From positions 1 to 52,559 of the IMG/VR virus record IMGVR_UViG_3300025828_000031: a stretch of 52,559 nucleotides of DNA, one strand, 5' to 3'. The stretch's first letter is position 1, and the number at the start of each line of letters is the position of its first letter. The notes beneath the pieces are model-generated. The model ran no database searches. It saw only the letters and a program-made list of their open reading frames with translations, and was not told the origin of the DNA. Source of the stretch: a virus. Taxonomy: Duplodnaviria > Caudoviricetes. Made by a program: the position numbers and the translations under genes. Positions 46,066 through 52,559 of this stretch are shown piece by piece.

Positions 46066-46967
46066 TATCTCGCTCCAAGTCCTCCGTAAATTCCTTTCGC
46101 CTTGCCTATAGCACCACCAACGCTACAAGCAGTCCTAGGGTCAACATAATATTTAACTAGTTGCGCGACCTGTCCGTTACCTTTTTCTTCAATACCGTCA
46201 ACTTTCTCTCCATACAAGTTGCCTTCTATCTCGCGTGCGCGCAAGACTTTAGACATGGCCATTGAACGAGCAGTTTTTAGTTCGTGAAGAACATATAGTA
46301 ACTGCCCCTCAAAATCTTTATCGTCTCTAGTTGGCGCTAATCGACTGATATAAGCATAAAATCTATGATACCGAGGACTGTTAGGTTGCCATCCAGCGAT
46401 ACCTATACCGTTCCCAGTTTGCGTAGGATCTAATCCGCTGACCTCTTGCAAAACACCTGTAATAGAAGATGCTTGTTTTGCGTTAAACCCATTATCTATA
46501 AAGTATCTAGCAACATCTCCTGCTGACGCTGGACCAGAATTTTGCACCTCTGGGTCAATAGCGTCCGCATTAGATTGTTGAAACGAATACGTGAATGGAT
46601 TGGTTGCCATATCTTCACGATTAGATGCTTGTACCGTAGTCGGAAACTCGATACGAGGAAGCGAACCCAAAACCAGTGGCAACTGAGAAGTAGCACCGTC
46701 TAAGAAAAATCCGAAAACTAGTGCACCAGGAAGTATCATGGTGCTAGTTCCTAATCCAGACACGCCATATGTATCACCAGGATTCATAACTTGCGCCCAA
46801 GGAAGATCGCGCTGAGGGATTCCAGACTCATCAGCAATGTCAGTGTGGATGCCGTGTATGCGAATCTTTACTCGTCCCTCTAATCCGTAGGGAGGAGTAT
46901 TATCAATTACGTTAGCAACAAACCAACGTACATTATCTCCGTAATATTCATTCTCCCAAGTCTTCAT
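46065..46967 (-). CDS. gp5 N-terminal OB-fold fused to a degenerate tail-lysozyme-like domain
   Basis: GRVKIRIHGIH...LPWAQV...VFGFFLDG..SQLPLVLGSLP, followed by GFNAKQASSITG..SGLDP...GIAGW...QLLYVLHEL. Confidence 0.85.
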   Translation of the reverse strand: MKTWENEYYGDNVRWFVANVIDNTPPYGLEGRVKIRIHGIHTDIADESGIPQRDLPWAQVMNPGDTYGVSGLGTSTMILPGALVFGFFLDGATSQLPLVLGSLPRIEFPTTVQASNREDMATNPFTYSFQQSNADAIDPEVQNSGPASAGDVARYFIDNGFNAKQASSITGVLQEVSGLDPTQTGNGIGIAGWQPNSPRYHRFYAYISRLAPTRDDKDFEGQLLYVLHELKTARSMAMSKVLRAREIEGNLYGEKVDGIEEKGNGQVAQLVKYYVDPRTACSVGGAIGKAKGIYGGLGAR

Positions 46968-48346
46968 TACGCAGAACCTCCATCAAGGTCGGCAACTTTA
47001 GTTACAGATACAGCAACTTCATGGGTGGTTGACTTAAATACATTTCTACACTTATGTATTAGATATGTACCTGACAAATCTTTATTAAACTCTTCGTCAC
47101 CTGCTGTTTCAACATTGGTGTTTTTAAAATTGATTTTTACCAAGTCGCCGACAGTAACACCAGAAGCACCGTTCTCTAGTTGAGACCAAAATGAAATTCC
47201 TGGCAATATCAAATCAATCATATTTTTATTGAACAGACTTTTTACAGCATAATGCCTTAATTTGTTGAGTGCTTCTGACTGATCGAACACATCGTGATAA
47301 CTATTCCTGTATCCGTAGGTGCCAAAAGAAGTTACGAGGTTTATATAACGGGCATCAAACTCATCGAGCGTTTTAGTCTCGTTGTCGATAGTAAGTTTCT
47401 GTTCGTCATCAAACACATTTTGTTTGCCTCCCTTCATCATACCACCTTCATTGTCCATCTTCTCTATGAGGTCGGTCACACCAAAATGCCTAGAATATCT
47501 TTGACTACTGAACACGTCATAAGAACTCATCATAGCACCAGCAGAACTTTCTGCTGCCAGTTTTAACGTGTCTTGTATGTTTTCAAACGATATTTTCTTT
47601 ACGATAAATGCCTGCTTTGAGATGTCTGCTCCGCCAGCAGATTGTCCTCTTGCCTGAGAATATAGTAGCGGAAGATCTTCGTTCCATACTTCTTTTTTGT
47701 ACATATCCTCTAGATTACCAAAACGAATAACGTCTTCACCGCCATTTAATTGTTGGTCATAAATCGTTTGATATGCATAAAAGGGTGCACCAATTTTAGT
47801 TGTTGCTCTATCCATTAACCATTCAACTGATTCTAAAGGACTAATGTATGGCGTAATAATTCTTACAGGGGACTGCTTACTTTTTTGCCCGTCCATGTAG
47901 TTTCTATCAGTTCGCACTTCTAAGTGGTTTTTTAGTATGGACTCAGATATGTCTTCTAATTTACCAGTGTAAGAACGAGAAATTTTTATAAACTGATCTT
48001 TGTATGCATGCGGAGCAATTAAATTCAAGTGATACATCTCACTGCGTTCACTCAATTTTTGAACTTGAACGATAGAGACGATATTAAATTTTATGTCTAC
48101 CTTTGCTTGAGGTATTTCCGGAATCTGAATACTCAAGTCTATTTGCTCAGTGCCTTTCAACTTTATTTCGTCGAATACACCAAGGTCGTCAAATACTAAT
48201 ATTTGCCCAGTAACATAAGGTTTTTCTAAATCTTCGAAAAAATTTATTTCGGCGATCATTTGTTTAACGTCATAGTCATCGCTCAGACGATCTGCGCTGA
48301 TTATTGCTTTCGTAATGACGTATTCTTGTTGTACATTCTGTACCAT
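46967..48346 (-). CDS. Baseplate hub protein (gp27-like)
   Basis: INFFEDLEKPYVTGQI and DLSGTYLIHKCRNVF motifs; lies between gp53 and gp5. Confidence 0.7.
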   Translation of the reverse strand: MVQNVQQEYVITKAIISADRLSDDYDVKQMIAEINFFEDLEKPYVTGQILVFDDLGVFDEIKLKGTEQIDLSIQIPEIPQAKVDIKFNIVSIVQVQKLSERSEMYHLNLIAPHAYKDQFIKISRSYTGKLEDISESILKNHLEVRTDRNYMDGQKSKQSPVRIITPYISPLESVEWLMDRATTKIGAPFYAYQTIYDQQLNGGEDVIRFGNLEDMYKKEVWNEDLPLLYSQARGQSAGGADISKQAFIVKKISFENIQDTLKLAAESSAGAMMSSYDVFSSQRYSRHFGVTDLIEKMDNEGGMMKGGKQNVFDDEQKLTIDNETKTLDEFDARYINLVTSFGTYGYRNSYHDVFDQSEALNKLRHYAVKSLFNKNMIDLILPGISFWSQLENGASGVTVGDLVKINFKNTNVETAGDEEFNKDLSGTYLIHKCRNVFKSTTHEVAVSVTKVADLDGGSA

Positions 48347-48347
48347 G

Positions 48348-49235
48348 TTATGATCTCGCAGTCAACAAGGCATTCCATTCAGTCAGAACTTGACTTATAA
48401 CATCAGGTTTAATAACTTTTATCGAACGCAACTCGTCGTTGGTTTCCCTCAATCTTTCGAAATATGATACAGATTTTCTGGTATCTACACTAGACCATAT
48501 AAAAGGATAAGGTGCATCTTCTGAATAACTTGGTTGCACCCAGTTTCCATTAGCATCCTCGTAATGATGCGGGGCATCGTACTGGCGATAAGTTTGAACA
48601 TTAGTCGTTCTTTCATACTGAGTTGTTGGCGTGAAATTATAATTTCCTGCTATGATATATTTCGCAGAAGCTTCGTCAATAGTGACAAGACTGCCTGTAT
48701 TAATTCCTGGCAACACACCATCAGTAATCGTTGGAAACGGAGTGCCTTTAAAGTCGATATGAAGTAACGCCAAGTCTTGATCTATTCGTACTATTTGACC
48801 TGCTCTTTTGTCTTGTTCAAACCATACATATGCTCCAACTTTGAAACTAGCAGATCGAGACAACGGTTTGTTTGGTTCTGAATCTTCGCCTAGTTGTATC
48901 AAACTCACAGTACCAGTCGTACGCACTGATAAATGCGGATAGTATTCTTGCGCTCTCCGATATAGTTGAGAGTTAGCGATTGGCCAATGTTGTTCTCTCA
49001 GGTGATCATTCATCAACCAGAACGTCCAGTAATGGTCTGACGTACCATAAAGTTTGAAAGAAACTTGGTCAGGTCTTTCGCTGTTTTGAATTTGATAGTT
49101 CTGATAAAACGAGACATATTCTTTTATTTGATCTAGGATGTCAATATAAACACTTATGTTTTGAAACCTTGTGGATGTTTCGTTATTGCCGAACTTATAC
49201 AGTACTTCCGGAAACTTTTTGAAATAACTGCTCAT
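48348..49235 (-). CDS. gp53: Baseplate wedge subunit
   Basis: YFKKFP, ERPDQVSFKLYG...WTFWLMN, HHYED and NDELRSIKVIKP motifs. Confidence 0.93.
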   Translation of the reverse strand: MSSYFKKFPEVLYKFGNNETSTRFQNISVYIDILDQIKEYVSFYQNYQIQNSERPDQVSFKLYGTSDHYWTFWLMNDHLREQHWPIANSQLYRRAQEYYPHLSVRTTGTVSLIQLGEDSEPNKPLSRSASFKVGAYVWFEQDKRAGQIVRIDQDLALLHIDFKGTPFPTITDGVLPGINTGSLVTIDEASAKYIIAGNYNFTPTTQYERTTNVQTYRQYDAPHHYEDANGNWVQPSYSEDAPYPFIWSSVDTRKSVSYFERLRETNDELRSIKVIKPDVISQVLTEWNALLTARS

Positions 49236-49957
49236 TAGAATCCTTCCTCGATTGACTTACGATCTAGCGTTCTAGATTCGGTCAGCGTTATGTTTATATC
49301 GGTTTCTAAGAATGCTACGTCTCCCCCATTTTCTTGCACCAAACTTTGTCCAGTTGGATTATATGCTGCACTAAATGCTTCGATATAGCAAGGAGCGACC
49401 TTGGGCGCGAGAGGCGATAGTTTATTGTTGTAATACATTTCTATTTGGAAACGATTCGGGAACTTATAACCAAGGGATGTTCCTTTTACTTCCCCTCCCC
49501 CAAGACTTTCTGGATACATTTCTAATCTAAAAATTTTGATTATGTCTTTTATCGCTTGGGATTCAGCAGCATTAGTGGGGATCAATTTAAAGTTAAACTG
49601 AAATGAACGCAGACTAACCTGTTTAAACAAGGCACGAGTGTTTGGGTTTGGCGCAACTTTAGTTCTATCCTGTACTGATTGACCTACTTTCGGCATAAAC
49701 TTTTTTATGGTTTCAGTACCTATCATTTCAGCAAGTTTAGGGTCTGACAGAGCATCAGTAAAACTACCTTCAAAACCACCTACCGTCATGCCTGCTACGC
49801 CCGTCTCTACGTTCTCATATTGAACGCGGTCAGCATATAAAGCACCAGCAGGGAAATATAGGTTGACTACTGTGGACAATGGCGCATCAGTTTCGTCAAC
49901 TAGGGTGAACCGTATTTCAGAAGGATATCCCTCGTCCTTTACTGGAAATTTAGCCAT
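49235..49957 (-). CDS. gp48: Baseplate tail-tube cap
   Basis: NPNTRALFKQVSLRSFQFNFKLIP..AAES..IKDII..FR..MYP motif. Confidence 0.85.
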   Translation of the reverse strand: MAKFPVKDEGYPSEIRFTLVDETDAPLSTVVNLYFPAGALYADRVQYENVETGVAGMTVGGFEGSFTDALSDPKLAEMIGTETIKKFMPKVGQSVQDRTKVAPNPNTRALFKQVSLRSFQFNFKLIPTNAAESQAIKDIIKIFRLEMYPESLGGGEVKGTSLGYKFPNRFQIEMYYNNKLSPLAPKVAPCYIEAFSAAYNPTGQSLVQENGGDVAFLETDINITLTESRTLDRKSIEEGF

Positions 49958-49972
49958 GAAAACACTCTCGTT

Positions 49973-50007
49973 GATAAATAAGGTTGTTATTATTTCAGTT
50001 ATTTATA
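49973..50007. promoter_or_regulatory. Face-to-face late promoters: GATAAATA (+, 49973-49980) for gp4 and TATAAATA (-, 50000-50007) for gp48
   Basis: Both motifs lie in the 54-nt gap between divergent genes. Confidence 0.75.
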
Positions 50008-50011
50008 TACA

Positions 50012-50515
50012 ATGCCGAGGACTTACAAGGGGAAGTACACAGTAAAACACCCCAGCAAGTACAAAGGGAATCTTGAGGAGGTCGTGTACAGGTCTAACTG
50101 GGAAAAATCAGTTATGATTTGGTTGGACAATAACTCCGAAGTTGCCAAATGGAACAGCGAAGATTTTATCATACCATACTACTACGACGTCGACAAAAGG
50201 TGGCACAAATATCACGTTGACTTCTGGATTAAGTTCAAAAGCGGAAACGTATTGCTAGTAGAGGTCAAACCTAAAAAGCAAACTCAACCGCCCAAGTCTA
50301 AGAACCCTCGTAGCAAACGCTCACTCAACGAAGCATTCGCATATATTAAAAACCGCAACAAGTGGGAAGCAGCAGAGCAGGTGGCGAAAGATAATGGTTA
50401 CAAATTCGCGATATGGACTGAAGATGAGTTGACGAAAATGAAAATCCTCAACAAGACTCCAGGAAAACTGAAGAAACTAAAACCGCTCGCTCCGTTCAAG
50501 AAAAAGAAAAGTTAG
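50012..50515 (+). CDS. gp4: Head completion protein (TnsA-like nuclease fold)
   Basis: YKGKY...HPSKYKG, YRSNWE, W.SE..IPY, YHVDF, LVEVKP and NKWEAA motifs. Confidence 0.93.
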   Translation: MPRTYKGKYTVKHPSKYKGNLEEVVYRSNWEKSVMIWLDNNSEVAKWNSEDFIIPYYYDVDKRWHKYHVDFWIKFKSGNVLLVEVKPKKQTQPPKSKNPRSKRSLNEAFAYIKNRNKWEAAEQVAKDNGYKFAIWTEDELTKMKILNKTPGKLKKLKPLAPFKKKKS

Positions 50516-52559
50516 AGTTTCCTTCCTCTATATGCCCCGCGAGCAGTTCGATCGCTCTTATCCATTGGAGAAGGCATTGGACCAGAGTTTATAGTTGTAC
50601 TGTTGCTTACGTTTGAGTTTTGCGTAGGGGCAAATACAGCGTTGCCAGCTGCCGTAGCAGATTCTTGTTCTTTATTCATTTCTGCTTTTTTCTGTTCCAT
50701 ATCGAGGACGTTAGATCTCTGCGCAGATTCTTGATTACCGCCAACTAACTCTGGAGATTTTGGCGTAATGCTGACTGCGTTTTCGATCTTACCACCAGTT
50801 TCCATGGCGATTTGTGCTGCCTCTTCTGGGGTGCTAGCAGTTCCTAACAGTTCGCCCGTCTCTGGATCAGTTACAGGATAACTAAACTGTTGCGCTGCCT
50901 CTGCTATATCAGGAGAGAAAGCATCTCCGTTCATCGCTTCCGGAGTTTCCTCTGGTTCTTTTGGTTCAAACGTGAAGTTCATTGAAGAGAAGAAGTTCTT
51001 GACCTTAGTTGCAAACTTCTCTTGATCTTGCAAGAACTCTTTAACTTGTTCTGGTGAAGAACCAGCATTAACCATTTGAAGAACTTTTTCAAATACTTTA
51101 GGACCAACATCAAATTTTTCGTAGGTATCTTCTAATTCTTTAAACTCGTCAGTGACTAGGTTGTCTATAGTTTTACCAGTGTCAATACTGACGGTGCCTT
51201 TAGCACTGTCGTCGTCAAAACTGGCGATTAACGAACTAGTCTTCTCTACGATTTCTTTCTCGCCGAGCTCGTTAGTTCTGTACTCGCGCTCCGAACTGTT
51301 CGCCGAAGTGACTACTTTATCTTGTTCAATTGTACTCGTGTGACCCGACATCCGTTGTGAGTCGCCGTTAGAATCGTACTCAGAACCAGAATCAACAATA
51401 AACTCAGTATCGCTTGAGGAACGCACACCTCCTGCCACATCAGCTGAACTTTCCGGAGCGAATGGATAGAATGGACCAAACCCAACTTTGCCGACCAGAG
51501 GTATGTCAAACTCTATGCGAGGTATGCCGAATCCTTCAAACAAACCTTTGATTAACTTTTTAATTTTTCCAAAGTCAAACAAACCGCCGACCCACTCTTT
51601 GATGTCATTAAATCCTTCGATCAGTGGATCTAGTAACCCATCGAATGGAGAAGTTTTAAGATCTTCTATTTGAGGTTGGATGTCAGTATCAATTACAGGT
51701 TGGATATTATCGTATTCACCATCGTCTAAATCACTACCCGATGCGCCCATAAATACGCCAGCTTGTGGCGTCCCTATAATACCGCCACGCTTACCTGTCG
51801 CTGTATTAATTTTAGTGGGCGCAGGAGATGCTTCTCCTATAACTCGACCACGTTTACCAGTTTCTTTACTAACTTTGGTTGGTACGGGAGGTGCTTCTCC
51901 TATAACTCGACCACGTTTCTCGGGCACTTTGGTTGGTTCAGATGCTTGAGCAGATGGTTCTGCTCCTTCTGCCTGTGGGAAAAGATCTGGTCCTCCCATT
52001 GCAATGGATGCAGTTCTCGCTGCGTTTATGTACTTGAGTTCTTCTTCTGAAAAATCCGTTCGCGCAACACCATCTTCCTCAACAACCACTCCACCTACTT
52101 TTTTAGCAGTTTTACTAGTTTCCCTCTTCCCAGTAAATTCGTCGAGTCGCCTTTGCCCTTCTTCGCTGAAGTTGGTATCGTCAGTCGCAGAAGGTATCTC
52201 CATACCACGCTTTGTGCTTTCCTCCTCTTCTTCGTCGTCACCGCCAAACCAATTAAGTGGATTGAGTTTAGATGCGAACCCAACTATGGCATCAACGATA
52301 CCATCTTTCAGTCCTATCACAAAATCTTTTACTGCGTCGACCATACTTCCAAATATATCGGTAATAGAGAACGAATCTAGTATTTCAGCGGCACCATCGA
52401 AACCAAAGAATCCTAATATTCCTGATATTAAGTCTTTTATCCAGTCCAGCGGGATTGTAAGAATCTTCATGATTCCTTTTATGAAACCTGCCACGCCGCC
52501 AAATATTTTATCAAGCAACGTGCCTTCTTGACTCTGGAATCCTTCAATGAAACTCATAA
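50512..52559 (-). CDS. Probable tape-measure / baseplate hub protein (gp29-like), 5'-truncated
   Basis: Amphipathic aromatic helical repeats and a C-terminal VFAPTQNSNVSNSTT; the reading frame is open to the window edge. Confidence 0.6.
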   Translation of the reverse strand, partial: MSFIEGFQSQEGTLLDKIFGGVAGFIKGIMKILTIPLDWIKDLISGILGFFGFDGAAEILDSFSITDIFGSMVDAVKDFVIGLKDGIVDAIVGFASKLNPLNWFGGDDEEEEESTKRGMEIPSATDDTNFSEEGQRRLDEFTGKRETSKTAKKVGGVVVEEDGVARTDFSEEELKYINAARTASIAMGGPDLFPQAEGAEPSAQASEPTKVPEKRGRVIGEAPPVPTKVSKETGKRGRVIGEASPAPTKINTATGKRGGIIGTPQAGVFMGASGSDLDDGEYDNIQPVIDTDIQPQIEDLKTSPFDGLLDPLIEGFNDIKEWVGGLFDFGKIKKLIKGLFEGFGIPRIEFDIPLVGKVGFGPFYPFAPESSADVAGGVRSSSDTEFIVDSGSEYDSNGDSQRMSGHTSTIEQDKVVTSANSSEREYRTNELGEKEIVEKTSSLIASFDDDSAKGTVSIDTGKTIDNLVTDEFKELEDTYEKFDVGPKVFEKVLQMVNAGSSPEQVKEFLQDQEKFATKVKNFFSSMNFTFEPKEPEETPEAMNGDAFSPDIAEAAQQFSYPVTDPETGELLGTASTPEEAAQIAMETGGKIENAVSITPKSPELVGGNQESAQRSNVLDMEQKKAEMNKEQESATAAGNAVFAPTQNSNVSNSTTINSGPMPSPMDKSDRTARGAYRGRKL
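51770..51945 (-). repeat. Three tandem ~18-20-aa repeats PTK.....GKRG.VIG.A
   Basis: GCTTCTCCTATAACTCGACCACGTTT recurs at 60-nt spacing. Confidence 0.8.

Noticed and set aside
50012-50515. Transposase TnsA or homing endonuclease
   Set aside because: Motifs and position divergent from baseplate genes match the core head-completion gene gp4.
312-52531. Many plus-strand and alternative-frame ORFs in the track
   Set aside because: They are shadows of well-supported minus-strand genes and have no motifs. Only gp4 is a credible plus-strand gene.
1-52559. tRNA or rRNA genes; host assignment
   Set aside because: No intergenic space or cloverleaf was seen, and there are no host-diagnostic genes in the window.

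Overview
This window is a gene-dense, nearly all minus-strand segment of a T4-like myophage genome of the marine/aquatic T4-like type. It holds the late virion-morphogenesis module. In transcription order (right to left): partial gp29-like tape-measure/hub, gp4 (the only plus-strand gene), gp48, gp53, gp27-like hub, a gp5 locus split over four genes, gp25, gp6, gp7-like, gp9-like, gp8, a 2009-aa DUF4815/VrlC-like protein, an accessory fibre region (~12.1-28.3 kb), gp13-gp20, gp67/68-like, gp21, gp22 and a truncated gp23. T4-type late promoters (TATAAATA/CTAAATA) and a UUCG terminator are visible. Main observations: (1) the dipeptide Asp-Ser is concentrated in surface-exposed virion proteins and loops and absent from about 4,300 aa of buried or non-virion proteins, which suggests a virion-wide modification sequon; (2) a GT-A glycosyltransferase and a 2OG-Fe(II)-like oxygenase sit between fibre genes in the late operon; (3) two paralogous fibres have ~550-aa [NT][FY]xGxR repeat regions arranged as nested mirror-order blocks inside one beta-hairpin, consistent with fold-back needles; (4) a 1535-aa repeat protein carries two cupredoxin-like domains with complete type-1 copper ligands; (5) the split gp5 locus has two degenerate hydrolase domains and one intact amidase. 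All calls come from motif recognition and synteny by eye. No database searches were run and all counts are manual.
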